A stretch of 64,000 nucleotides of DNA from Eledone cirrhosa. Taxonomy: Eukaryota. The notes below the pieces were generated by a model. The model saw only the letters and a program-made list of their open reading frames with translations, did not search any database and was not told where the DNA came from. Numbering within the stretch: the first letter of the stretch is position 1; each line of letters begins with the position of its first letter. Of this stretch, positions 37,170 to 50,027 are shown piece by piece. The stretch spans positions 46,066,001-46,130,000 of the forward strand of contig OZ024741.1 in NCBI GenBank assembly GCA_964016885.1, in the 5' to 3' direction. Both the position numbers and the translations under genes were made by a program.

Positions 37170-37790
37170 TAATGGCACAAGGCTAGCAATTTGAGTGGAG
37201 GGGAAAGTCGATTAAATCGACCTTAGTGCATTACTGGTACTTTATTTTATCGACCACGTAAGAATGAAAGGCAAAATTTACTTCGACGGGATTTGAACTC
37301 AGATCATAAAGGGACGTAACAATATGCTGCAAAGCATGGCGTCCGACCCTCTACCGATACTGTCAATCCACCTCCCTAAATAGATACTTAATAATTGTAT
37401 CTACTTTTGGCACAAGGCCAGCAATTCACTAGTGTATTACTGGTACTTTATTATATCGACCTCGTAAGGATGAAAGGCAAAGTTAACCTCGGCAGGATTT
37501 GAACTCAGAATGGCAGGGCCGTAACTCAAAGCATTGCGTCCGACCCTCTACCGATACTGCCAATCCAGCAATGGTTCCTGATTTAGGCACAAGACCAACA
37601 ATTGGGGGGGGGGGGTGATAGTCAATTAAATCGATCCCAGTGTGTTACTGGTACTTTATTTTATTGACTGCATAAGGATAAAAAGTAAAGCTAACCCCGG
37701 CGGGATTTGAAATCCTGACGTAAAGGGCCGTAACTCTATGGTGCAAAGCATGTTTACCGACGCTCTACCGATACAGCATATCCCCCGCCA
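37170..37790 (-). mobile_element. Three adjacent SINE copies (about 37170-37378, 37390-37567, 37572-37790)
   Basis: Each has the reverse complement of the central domain (CTGGTACTTTATTTTATCGAC...GAAAGGCAAAG) and a tRNA-like head. Confidence 0.8.
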
Positions 37791-38127
37791 TGAATCATTA
37801 CTTGATGATAACTTCTAACATTGATGGAAAAAGTGAATTGTCGATTTTACTTTATAGAGCCTGAATCGATAGGTAAAGGAATCATCGACGATATTTGAAC
37901 TTAGTAGGTAAAGAGCTGGAATGGTTACAGCTCTGAAAATGTCGCCAATCCACCTCCTTCTCAAGCTTTACTTAATGACCAAGTTTAATTTTTTATATAC
38001 GAAAGTTGATAATGCTTTTTAGTGCACTGAAAATTTTCATTTAAATTATTACTTTAGTGTATTGTATTTTCTATCAGAAAAAAAACACGTATTTGGTGAG
38101 GTGTATATATATACATATATGTATGTA

Positions 38128-38200
<73 letters not shown>

Positions 38201-38279
38201 AATGTACATACATACATACATATATATACATTGATATATATATATATATATATACACCTCACCAAATACATACATACAT

Positions 38280-38315
<36 letters not shown>

Positions 38316-38805
38316 TCCACAATAAAAACTATTCCGCTTTAATTATTTTTTATTTTCTCTTTCTCTTTTAAATGTTCTTTCATTTTCATTCAAATTTATT
38401 CTTTTATTGTTCGTTTTTATTTTTTGCCTTTTCCATACATTTTTACATTTCAGTTTTTTAACATACTGGAGCAATATAATATATTTTAGATAATTTTGGT
38501 ACATTTTTCGTTTCGTTTTTTTTTATATTAATCTTATGTTTTAATAAAATCTTAAAAGTGAATTGTTAAGTCATATATATCAGATATTATTTTCAAAGTT
38601 TCTAAAAACAAGTTTGTATTCTGACTACACTACTATAGGTATAATTGTGAGTTAGTGAGTGCATATATAAAGAAGGAGAAAGCGAGATAGATAGATAGAG
38701 AGTGAGAGAGAGTGGGTCGGTAAGAATAAGCGAATGTCAGAGAAAGAGAGAGGAGGATATGAACGAAAAACTGAGGAAAATAAAGGTTAAGAAATAAAGT
38801 TACAA

Positions 38806-38859
<54 letters not shown>

Positions 38860-38913
38860 CATATGTATGTATAAAATATAGATATATACATATATATATA
38901 CATATATATATAT

Positions 38914-38945
<32 letters not shown>

Positions 38946-39463
38946 GTTGTGAGAAAGAAAGAGGGGAGATAGAGAGCAAGAGAGAGACAGATTGATAGAT
39001 AAATAGAGAGATTATTGGTAGACGTATATAAAAACTTACAAGATACACGTATATACGCATATATTTACATATATGCGTATCATATGTGTAGTTATTTGTA
39101 TATATCTATGTAGCTATATGTCTATGTATCAAAACAGTGTAAAAGTAATATAATATGAACTGAAAGAAAAAAGGTAATACATAAATCTATAGAAAGATAT
39201 GAATATCAGGGAATTACTCTTACTTTAAATATCATCCTGTGGATCATCATATTCGCTACTTACCATAAAATCATTGCACCTAAATATAAACATTGCCACA
39301 CCTACTGACATACAAGATTATATGTTAATATACTGTACAGTTATTATACTACCGACCAATTATGAAAAAATAACTACATTCGCGCACACACACATACACG
39401 CACAAATATATGTATATATATATGTATGTATATATATACACATATATACCCGGCATTCCAGCC

Positions 39464-39496
<33 letters not shown>

Positions 39497-39508
39497 ACTG
39501 GCATTCCA

Positions 39509-39553
<45 letters not shown>

Positions 39554-40093
39554 ATACTTGGGGAGGGTCATATTTGCGTAATATTGCCAGAATTAATAAC
39601 AGAACACACTCACTGTTTGGTTGGTTTTCGCTTCTCGCTGTCTTTTATATCTGTGATCTAACTTAATCGGTCCTCAATGTTGCCATTGACTGACCGACGG
39701 TCAAAAATAATACAGATACAATATAGACACAAACACATATGTATAGTTTACATAATTTACATAAATCTTTCGTTGCACATCTGCAACATCGTCAGTGGTG
39801 TTATATATTATTTCCTCCTGTTGTGTTGTATGTCTACGCTATTTTTTTTATTCAGTCTGTCTATATATTTATTTATTTATTTGCTTGTTTGTTTATTTTA
39901 TTTTGTCTTCTTTGCGCATGCGTTTGCGTGTGTGTATAGTGTTATGTGTGATGTGTGACTAGTGTGTATAGTGTTGTGTCTGCTGGGTGACTAGTGTGTG
40001 TTTATGTGCTTGTTGTTATTGTGCTTGTGTATGTATTTATTTATCTTATTTTATTTTATTTTATTTTATTTTATTTACTTATTTATACTTCTC

Positions 40094-40741
40094 TTAGGTC
40101 AGTGTTGTTTGTTTGGGTGTTGTTGTTGTCCACTCATTCTTTCTGTTTAGCTTTGGTCTTCTAATTTCTATTTCACTGGCCTCTCTGATTTGCCCATCTG
40201 CTGGGTCATTCCTATGTTTAGATATTATTCTAATTTCTATGTTTTCTATGTTACCGTCATGTTGTTGTCTAGCATGTTCGTATAGTACTGACCCGTTTTT
40301 TCGTCCTTTTAGTTCCCCCCAGTGTTGGTCTATCCTTTCACCTATGCTACGAGCTGTTTCGCCTATGTATGTTGTTGTCATGTTTCTGCAAGTACCCTCT
40401 ATACATCTTATGCCATAGACTACGTTTCTAGTTTTACAGTTTATCCGGGGGTTCACCTTACATATGATACATTTCCTATTGGTACAGTGGGTTTTCTTAA
40501 AGGGGTAGGTTTTGCTGATCAGGGATTTTATGGTGGTTCCTGGCTTTTCTACCACCTTTATTTTTAAGTGGGTCTTTCTCAGGGCCTTTCTACACTGGTT
40601 AGCTAATTTCCCTCCAGGGGTGGCGTCCACAAACATGACATTCTGATATCTCTGGTTGTCGTACCATGATGTGGCCTTCCCTATCTTATGTCTAGCCCTA
40701 TCTAAGCTATTCCATGATTTGCTCCTGTATAATGGGCAAAT
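40094..40741 (-). CDS. PLE ORF C-terminus in the inverted arm: intact Cys-rich linker plus GIY-YIG endonuclease
   Basis: HCTNRKCIICK...NCKTRNVVYGIRC...YIGETARSIGER...REASEI...PKLN. Confidence 0.85.
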   Translation of the reverse strand: MCPLYRSKSWNSLDRARHKIGKATSWYDNQRYQNVMFVDATPGGKLANQCRKALRKTHLKIKVVEKPGTTIKSLISKTYPFKKTHCTNRKCIICKVNPRINCKTRNVVYGIRCIEGTCRNMTTTYIGETARSIGERIDQHWGELKGRKNGSVLYEHARQQHDGNIENIEIRIISKHRNDPADGQIREASEIEIRRPKLNRKNEWTTTTPKQTTLT

Positions 40742-41173
40742 TCCTAGAATAATATCTAAACATAGGAATGACCCAGCAGATAGGCAAATCAGAGAGGCCA
40801 GTGAAATAGAAATTAGAAGACCAAAGCTAAACAGAAAGAATGAGTGGAACAACAACAACACCCAAACAAACAACACTGACCTAACAGAAGTATAAATAAG
40901 TAAATAAAATAAAATAAAATAAAATAAAATAAGATAAATAAATACATACACAAGCACAATAACAACAAGCACATAAACACACACTAGTCACCCAGCAGAC
41001 ACAACACTATACACACTAGTCACACAGCAAACGTAACACTATACACACACGCAAACGCATGCGCAAAGAAGACAAAATAAAATAAACAAACAAGCAAATA
41101 AATAAATATATAGACAGACTGAATAAAAAATGGCGTAGACATACAACACAACAGGAGGAAATAATATACACCA

Positions 41174-41225
41174 CTGACGATGTTGCAGATGTGCAACGAA
41201 AGATTTATGTAAATTATGTAAACTA
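41174..41225 (+). ncRNA. Partial hammerhead-like motif in the PLE pLTR (copies at about 45257-45308 + and 39745-39795 -)
   Basis: CTGACGA-T-GTTGCA GATG TGCAAC-GAAA present; stems I and III are imperfect. Confidence 0.4.
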
Positions 41226-41319
41226 TATATATGTGTTTGTGTCTATATTGTATCTGTATTATTTTTGACCGTCGGTCAGTCAATGGCAACATTGAGGACC
41301 GATTAAGTTAGATCGCAGA

Positions 41320-41361
41320 TATAAAAGACAGCGAGAAGCGAAAACCAACCAAACAGTGAGT
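41320..41361 (+). promoter_or_regulatory. Putative PLE pLTR promoter: TATA box and downstream CAGT(GAGT)
   Basis: TATAAAAG at 41320-41327 and CAGT about 35 nt later, upstream of the ORF; repeated at about 45403. Confidence 0.35.
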
Positions 41362-41397
41362 GTGTTCTGTTATTAATTCTGGCAATATTACACAAAT

Positions 41398-44300
41398 ATG
41401 ACCCTCCCCAAGTATAACAATATTTGTTTCGACACACGATTTCATATAAAAAACCTCGCTAAACTAATTCATCGCCGCTACGGCATTAGCTTGTGCCAAG
41501 CTGAAAGGTTATTGAAAGACACTGTTTTCTGTTATATAAAAACTACAATAACAACAGAACAAATCCGCTTCTTAAAACACTGTGTTTCCTCCAAAACATA
41601 CACAACAAACATATCAAAACAAGTAAATAATTTATTATTGAACAAAACACAAGCCGAACGACTAAAACACACAATAACAGTTAATATGAAAAGAACAACA
41701 TACACAAAAGTCAACGCACTCTACAAACAGAAACGCATTAACGGTAAGGAAATCCGAAATCTCATCACACCAAACGAGAGAGATAACTTCATGAGCGCCA
41801 TCAGACGTGAAACGAAATACGCTCAAAACGAATGCAATAGGTATTTCAAGAAGAAATTAGAATGGATGAATAAGAAAAAACTACAAGAAAGGAAAACCGA
41901 ATATTCTCAAAAATACCCAGATAACATCGACAATATCCGTATGACTGATGTAAAACTACCGGAAGAATTTACCAATGACCACACAGTAAATATCTATGGG
42001 AACACTTTAATCAGCGAACAAGAACAACAAATCCTACTGTTACCACCAAAATTTGCCATCTACAAAAAGATTAACCCTATGGAGTGCAAAACGTAGCTGG
42101 AAAAGTGTTTCACAAAAATACGTTGGAATGCAAAGGTAAACAACAACAACAATAATAACGGTAGTAGTAATATAAACAATAACTCTGAGTATAGAAATAA
42201 CAGCCATAACCATAACAATGGCAGGAAAGTGAGAAATAGTGATAATGGTAATAATACTAGCGATAGACAGAACAACAACAACCACAATAATAATAATAAT
42301 AGAAACGTTATCCACAGACACAGCGACAGTGACCACAGTAGTAATAACGGTAACAATACGAACAACAACAACAACAATAACCACAGTGGTAATAATGGAA
42401 ATAGTACATGTAGCAACATCAACAAAAATAAGAAACATAATAATAGTAACAACCACAATGGTAGAAATAACAGTAACAACAACAACAATAACGGTGAAGT
42501 AAACAACAATACATCTAGCAATCATAACAATAATAATAATGCTAATGATAGAAACAACAACAACCACCCTGATAACAACAATAGCAACACACACACACAC
42601 AACTATGACGATAGATATAATGACAACCCCTTAGAGAAACTATTTTTCAACCCAGCTGACAAAACATATAAGATGGGTAATATCTATCCTACGAGGTTAC
42701 CCTTTAATAAAAGAGTTTGCATACCACAGCAAATAGATGACGAGACAGAGGCACAGTTCACCATAGCTAGAAATAAGATTAGACAAGTAGTAGACAGGTA
42801 TACTAAGAGACAGAGCAGATCAGAGGCCCAACAACTTGGGAGGAAACCTGTAGAAGGCTTGGTTAGCCTCAAGCAGCGCACAAGGGATGGTAGGATGTCA
42901 ATAGATAGCATGTCGAACTACATCGAGGCTATGCAACCCCACATCACCAACACGAGCGAAGTTGCACAACAAACACACGATGGGAGAGAAAAAATCCTCA
43001 ACGCTCACATGATGATGTGGACTGACATCCTAAAGCCAAGCAGACGCACTGCCAACAACTTCCAGGCGTTTAACAATGGCATACCACCCTTGTATGGGCT
43101 CCGCAAAGACCACAAGACAGTCGACGGCCCGACAACAGGACCACCAACAAGACCCGTATGCGGAGCTAATATAGCTAGCAACTACAGGATCTCCTACTTC
43201 CTCTCGATGGTTATACGCCGCATAATCAAGATGTCCCCAGATGTATGTGAAAGTACAGAGGACCTCCTCAGCAGAATCAGTGAGTGCAACAAAAACAGGA
43301 GCCTATCCAACTGCATAATAGGCAGCATGGATGTGGTGTCACTGTACCCATCCATTAACATTGATTTTGCTGTGAAAAGATGTGTGGAGATGATCATCGA
43401 GAGTGAGGTGGAGTTCTGCGACGTCGACACAGACGAACTGGGCCTCCTACTTAGACTTACCTACGACACTGACTACCTAGACAGCCATGACCTTAGATGT
43501 TTCTGCCCTAGTAGACCTATAAGAGGTAGACCCCCCACCATAACCTCAATGGCAAAAAAGACTCCCATGGGAAGGTGGATTGGGTGGACCAAAGCTATAC
43601 GGACCCCCCAAAACAATGATCAGGTAAGAAAAATGGTCGCACATGCAATAGGGGCTAGTATCAAAACTACCCTAAAGGGCCACATATTTAAGTTCAATGA
43701 GAAAATCTACACCCAAAATGAGGGAGCAGCCATTGGCGTCAGCATAGCTGGTGATGTTACCAACCTTTTCATGGTATGGTGGGAAAGGAGACTTAAAGAT
43801 CTCCTTAATGAAAGCTCCATAGACCTCATCATGTACTCTCGTTATGTAGACGATATCAATATAGTTATAAGAACACCCCCACTAGAGAGCACTAACAAGT
43901 TTGAATTAGAACGTAGCACGATGGAAAGCATCCAGCAGATAGCTAATTCCATACACCAGAGCATAACTGTAACTATCGACTTCCCTTCCAAACACCCTAA
44001 CAATAGACTACCTGTATTAGACACAGAACTCTGGATTAACACTATAGACGAGAGAGGCCAAATTCTCCACTCACACTATGCTAAACCCATGGCCTCTAAA
44101 TACCTGATACTCAAAAACTCAGCAATGTCCAGTAGTGCTAAGTTTAATATTCTGATCGCAGATTTGGTACGAGTGATGAAGAATGTGTCCAGCATGTGCG
44201 ACCCAACAGAAATGGAAAGACACATCCAACACTTCATCAACCGCATGCAGTTCTCTGGCTACAACCAAAGAGACAGAGTCAGAGTATACGAAGGAGCCAT

Positions 44301-44978
44301 GGAAAAGTATAAGACCCTCATAGAACTGGACATGAAAGGAATTTGCCCATTATACAGGAGCAAATCATGGAATAGCTTAGATAGGGCTAGACATAAGATA
44401 GGGAAGGCCACATCATGGTACGACAACCAGAGATATCAGAGTGTCATGTTTGTGGACGCCACCCCTGGAGGGAAATTAGCTAACCAGTGTAGAAAGGCCC
44501 TGAGAAAGACCCACTTAAAAATAAAGGTGGTAGAAAAGCCAGGAACCACCATAAAATCCCTGATCAGCAAAACCTACCCCTTTAAGAAAACCCACTGTAC
44601 CAATAGGAAATGTATCAAAACTGTAAAACTAGAAACGTAGTCTATAGCATAAGATGTACAGAGGGTACTTGCAGAAACATGACAACAACATACATAGGCG
44701 AAACAGCTCGTAGCATAGGTGAAAGGATAGACCAACACTGGGGGGAACTAAAAGGACGAAAAAACGGGTCAGTACTATACAAACATGCTAGACAACAACA
44801 TGACGGTAACATAGACAACATAGAAATTAGAATAATATCTAAACATAGGAATGACCCAGCAGATAGGCAAATCAGAGAGGCCAGTAAAATAGAAATTAGA
44901 AGACCAAAGCTAAACAGAAAGAATGAGTGGAACAACAACAACACCCAAACAAACAACACTGACCTAACAGAAGTATAA
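41398..44978 (+). pseudogene. PLE polyprotein (N-terminal domain, Asn-rich insert, RT, GIY-YIG) with a TAG at 42094-42096 and a frameshift near 44615
   Basis: LYGLRKDHK, RPVCG, SMDVVSLYPSI, GAAIG, RYVDD, LPVLD; then VVYSIRC...YIGETAR. Confidence 0.9.
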
Positions 44979-45634
44979 ATAAGTAAATAAAATAAAATAA
45001 AATAAAATAAAATAAGATAAATAAATACATACACAAGCACAATAACAACAAGCACATAAACACACACTAGTCACCCAGCAGACACAACACTATACACACT
45101 AGTCACACAGCAAACGTAACACTATACACACACGCAAACGCATGCGCAAAGAAGACAAAATAAAATAAACAAACAAGCAAATAAATAAATATATAGACAG
45201 ACTGAATAAAAAATGGCGTAGACATACAACACAACAGGAGGAAATAATATACACCACTGACGATGTTGCAGATGTGCAACGAAAGATTTATGTAAATTAT
45301 GTAAACTATATATATGTGTTTGTGTCTATATTGTATCTGTATTATTTTTGACCGTCGGTCAGTCAATGGCAACATTGAGGACCGATTAAGTTAGATCGCA
45401 GATATAAAAGACAGCGAGAAGCGAAAACCAACCAAACAGTGAGTGTGTTCTGTTATTAATTCTGGCAATATTACACAAATATGACCCTCCCCAAGTATAA
45501 CAATATTTGTTTCGACACACGATTTCATATAAAAAACCTCGCTAAACTAATTCATCGCCGCTACGGCATTAGCTTGTGCCAAGCTGAAAGGTTATTGAAA
45601 GACACTGTTTTCTGTTATATAAAAACTATATATA

Positions 45635-45740
45635 TATCTCAACTGTCTTCATGGTTCAATTCCAATATGAGCAGTACTGGAATATTGGCAGTACTGCCAA
45701 TACTGCAATTGGAATTGAACCATCAAGACAGTTGAGATAT
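45635..45740. repeat. Imperfect palindrome (hairpin) immediately after the PLE
   Basis: ATCTCAACTGTCTT.ATGGTTCAATTCCAAT ... ATTGGAATTGAACCAT.AAGACAGTTGAGAT. Confidence 0.8.
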
Positions 45741-45955
45741 GTCATACATCAATTCATATATTTTGATTATGTGAACGTCTTCATTTATTAATATTTTGAA
45801 TAATATTAATAACTCCAGAAAACTTCACTTTAGAGTGCTTTTAATCTATTGTAAAACTATATTCATTGAGTAATCAATGAACCATATTAATCATTGGTTA
45901 TATATATAGAGTGACGAAACATAAGTCAATTGCATGAACTCATAATCCTTTATTT

Positions 45956-46011
45956 ACTGCTATATATATTTCGATGATAGCCATTGAAGGGCTATGACCT
46001 CATCAGGCAGT
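45956..46011 (-). ncRNA. Type I hammerhead ribozyme (family E)
   Basis: Reverse complement: ACTGC-CTGATGA-GGT.ATAGCC CTTCAAT GGCTAT.ATC-GAAA-TATATA-TA^GCAGT, followed by AATAAA. Confidence 0.8.
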
Positions 46012-46071
46012 TATCAGTTCTTAGATATGCCAGCTCTGTGTTTATAGTATTGATGGTATCAGAGCCTTGGG

Positions 46072-46134
<63 letters not shown>

Positions 46135-46233
46135 AAAAGGTATGACCCCGACGGCAGAGCTCAAACCCTTTCGACGGCTATTTCTGGAGTCCAGAAATAG
46201 CCGTATATATATATATGTGTGTGTGTGTGTGTA

Positions 46234-46298
<65 letters not shown>

Positions 46299-46669
46299 CA
46301 ATGATATTAAATAACTGGAAACTATATTTATAAAACCATATTTATTCTATTATGTATATTTCAAGGGTACCAAAAATTTTGGTACGCTATCATCAGATAA
46401 AATACAAAATGTTTTATAAATATTTGACATGACCAAAGATAATATACCTTAACTGTTCAAGTTATGTCTGGAAAGTCTTCTACATATATATATATATATA
46501 TAAAGAATTAGTATATCTACCAACATATGTATACAGATGCATACCTATGCTAGCAAATATATATGTTTTGTCTTAGTAACTTTGTGGTTCTATGCAAGGA
46601 GATGCAGAAAAATTATATGAAAGACGTAGATAAGAAAGTTATGAAAATTGACTTACTTACTAAAATGTC

Positions 46670-46750
46670 ACTCCAACTAATTAGTTTCTGTAAGGGAATA
46701 AATATGGTTACGGAGCGTATCGACAGAGAAACCTTACGTCATCAGGGAGT
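46670..46750 (-). ncRNA. Type I hammerhead ribozyme with large loop II (family C, inverted arm)
   Basis: Reverse complement: ACTCC-CTGATGA-CGTAAGG...CCTTACA-GAAA-CTAATTAG-TT^GGAGT. Confidence 0.8.
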
Positions 46751-47323
46751 CTATTCTCAGCTAAGCTTCCAGGCAATGCGAGGACACTGGGAATTATATA
46801 AAAATAATTCAGTGGATGGAAAAAAGCGAGCGGGGACTAAATTCCAAGACATTGAAAAATTCACTGCCTACTTGGTCAGTGAAATTTTAGTAAGTAAGGC
46901 AATTTTCATAACTTTCTTATTTACGTCTTTCATATAATTGTTCTGCATCCCCTTGCATAGAACCACAAAGTTACTAAGACAAAACATATATATTTGCTAG
47001 CATAGGTATGCATCTGTATACATATGTTGGTAGATATACTAATTCTTTATAATTATCTCCAAATTATTTGTTGAGCAAAACTGCCGAAATTACTACTATG
47101 GTTCATGGTAGTGTCTAGGCCCTTGTCTTAATAGCACCCCACTCCTCACTGATTAACCTCAGTGTCACGTGATTGATTCTTTTGAATTTGCCACTGACCA
47201 AATAGCCAGTGAATTTTTCAATGTCTTGGAATTTAGTCCCCGCTCGCTTTTTTCCATCCATTGAATTATTTTTATATAAGTTCCCAGTGTCCTCGCATTG
47301 CCTGGAAGCTTAGCTGAGAATAG

Positions 47324-47404
47324 ACTCCCTGATGACGTAAGGTTTCTCTGTGGATACGCTCCGTAACCATATTTATTCCCTTAGAGAAACTAATTAGTTG
47401 GAGT
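47324..47404 (+). ncRNA. Type I hammerhead ribozyme with large loop II (family C)
   Basis: ACTCC-CTGATGA-CGTAAGG...CCTTAGA-GAAA-CTAATTAG-TT^GGAGT; palindromic stem III. Confidence 0.78.
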
Positions 47405-47791
47405 GAAATTTTAGTAAGTAAGTCAATTTTCATAACTTTCTTATTTACGTCTTTCATATATATATATATATAGTTATGTAATAAACAACATAAGGCAATT
47501 ATTCCATTTACCAGTGGTTTCTTAAAAGCAAAAAATTTTGCTTTATCAGAAAGAAAAAATCTTGGTCTGTTTATTGAATTTGGATTTTAAAAACGAAAAT
47601 GCAATCTATATGAAAGTGAGGCTGGAGAAAGAAGAAGGAAAGGAAAAATAAAATAAAAACACACATGCAAACACAGACACACACACACAAATGCATACAA
47701 ACACACCCCACCACCACCCCACTCTCAAGAGCGTGAAATTAATAAACATTCGTTGTACTGCCTCTCTGTTTTGTTCCTGTTCAAATTTTCC

Positions 47792-47833
<42 letters not shown>

Positions 47834-48006
47834 CACTGATACATACACACACACATATACACATATATATGTGTATATAAATACACACACACACATACAT
47901 ATACACATATATACATACGCACATAAATATCAACACATCCATACATACACATACATATATACAACCACACACACATGTATACACACATATATATATATAG
48001 AAATAG

Positions 48007-48067
<61 letters not shown>

Positions 48068-48223
48068 CATACACATACACATACATAGCCATACATACAT
48101 ACATATACATACATACATACATGCACACAATCATACCTATATACACACGTACATACATACACATACATAAATGCATACATATGCATGTACAAAATTAGAA
48201 AAATATACACACACATATATATT

Positions 48224-48286
<63 letters not shown>

Positions 48287-48290
<4 letters not shown>

Positions 48291-49190
48291 AAATAACGAA
48301 ACGAAATTAAATTTCGTTTCGCTTCTAACTCACTTTTGTATGACTGACGCTTAAACAATTAAGTTAAAGTGTACATCTACATATGTATACGGAAGTATTA
48401 GTATGCATATAAATACACACATGTATACATATGTACATGTACTGAATTTTTCACTGGACACTTTACAGTGAGTGTCCAGCTAGTCTGTATGTAACCACAC
48501 AGGGTTTTAGAGTCATACGAGTTTGACCGGGTTTTAGAGTCAAACTCGTATGACTCTAAAACCCGGTCCGTCTGTGTGGGTACATACAGACTAGCTGGAC
48601 ACTCACTGTAAAGTGTCCAGTGAAAAACTCAGTACATGTACATATGTATACATGTGTGTATTTATATGCATACTAATACTTCCGTATACATATGTAGATG
48701 TACACTTTAACTTAATTGTTTAAGCGTCAGTCATACAAAAGTAAGTTAGAAGCGAAACGAAATTTAATTTCGTTTCGTTATTTGTTTTTATCGTTTCCGC
48801 TGAACCGGTGCGTACAATGACTCACGTTCTATGCAAATTAGTCTACCCACTACTAATTTTCATAGAAAAAGCATATAACGATATATGCTTTTACAATTCT
48901 CTAGAGAAGCCGGAAGATGGGTATATATTGCTGATGAGATGTAATAACATCGAAACTAGTCCAATATTCCTGTCTGGCTCTCTGGAGAATAGAGGAAATG
49001 TGTTTCCTTGAAAACTCGTATGACTCTAAAACCCGGTCCGTCTGTGTGGTTACATACAGACTAGCTGGACACTCACTGTAAAGTGTCCAGTGAAAAACTC
49101 AGTACATGTACATATGTATACCTGTGTGTATTTATATGCATACTAATACTTCCGTATACATATGTAGATGTACACTTTAACTTAATTGTT

Positions 49191-49192
<2 letters not shown>
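48287..49192 (+). mobile_element. Retrozyme-like family B: about 1.4 units of 470 bp with a ~240-bp inverted 5' arm, in (TA)n
   Basis: AAACTCGTATGACTCTAAAACC at 48542 and 49012; 48287-48527 is the reverse complement of about 48539-48788; layout homologous to family A. Confidence 0.88.
48925..48967 (+). ncRNA. Canonical type I hammerhead ribozyme (family B)
   Basis: ATATTG-CTGATGA-GATGT AATA ACATC-GAAA-CTAG-TC^CAATAT. All core nucleotides and the G-C stem II closing pair are present; GUC cleavage after 48961. Confidence 0.93.
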
Positions 49193-49233
<41 letters not shown>

Positions 49234-49263
49234 TAGAAAAATATACACACATATATATATATT

Positions 49264-49317
<54 letters not shown>

Positions 49318-49432
49318 TGTTCGTATTTGTCGTTTTTGTGGCTATATACTACGACCACGTACACGTAGTGGATTAATAATTCATATGGTCATATTAATAT
49401 AGTTTATATATATACATATATATGTATATATA

Positions 49433-49497
<65 letters not shown>

Positions 49498-49876
49498 TTC
49501 TTTATTTATACACACATATATATATATATATGTGTGTGTATATTTTCATTTTTTATTTTATGTATATATGATTTTATGCATATATGATTGTGTGATTGTG
49601 TGTGTGCACGTATTTTTGCGTTATTTTAATTCAGCTTCACTTTCATATTTAATAGAATTTAATTTCAAATCTTATATCCATAAATATTTCATTTGATGAA
49701 CGTACTGGACGTTTCTGTTAGAATCGTCTTATTTCATGAAACCTTAGGTAATGGAATAATTATATTGTGTTGTTTATTATATAATTAAATAGCTGTGTAC
49801 TATACATAGAACACTCTTCTTTGCTTTACCTTTTCAACGGAAATACATAATACACACACACACAAACACACACACG

Positions 49877-50027
<151 letters not shown>

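Larger units (their letters stand above)
39549..45629 (+). mobile_element. Penelope-like element (Neptune-like Cys-rich linker): inverted partial copy (39549-40741) plus a 4083-bp unit with partial tandem pLTR, in (TA)n
   Basis: About 40745-41546 is repeated at 44828-45629; 39549-40741 is the reverse complement of the ORF end and pLTR; (TA)n flanks. Confidence 0.92.
46499..47460 (+). mobile_element. Retrozyme-like family C: 524-bp unit (about 1.1 copies, 46878-47460) with an inverted ~380-bp 5' arm (46499-46880), in (TA)n
   Basis: GAAATTTTAGTAAGTAAG recurs at 46881 and 47405; the inverted arm spans the unit junction; HHR in both arms. Confidence 0.85.
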
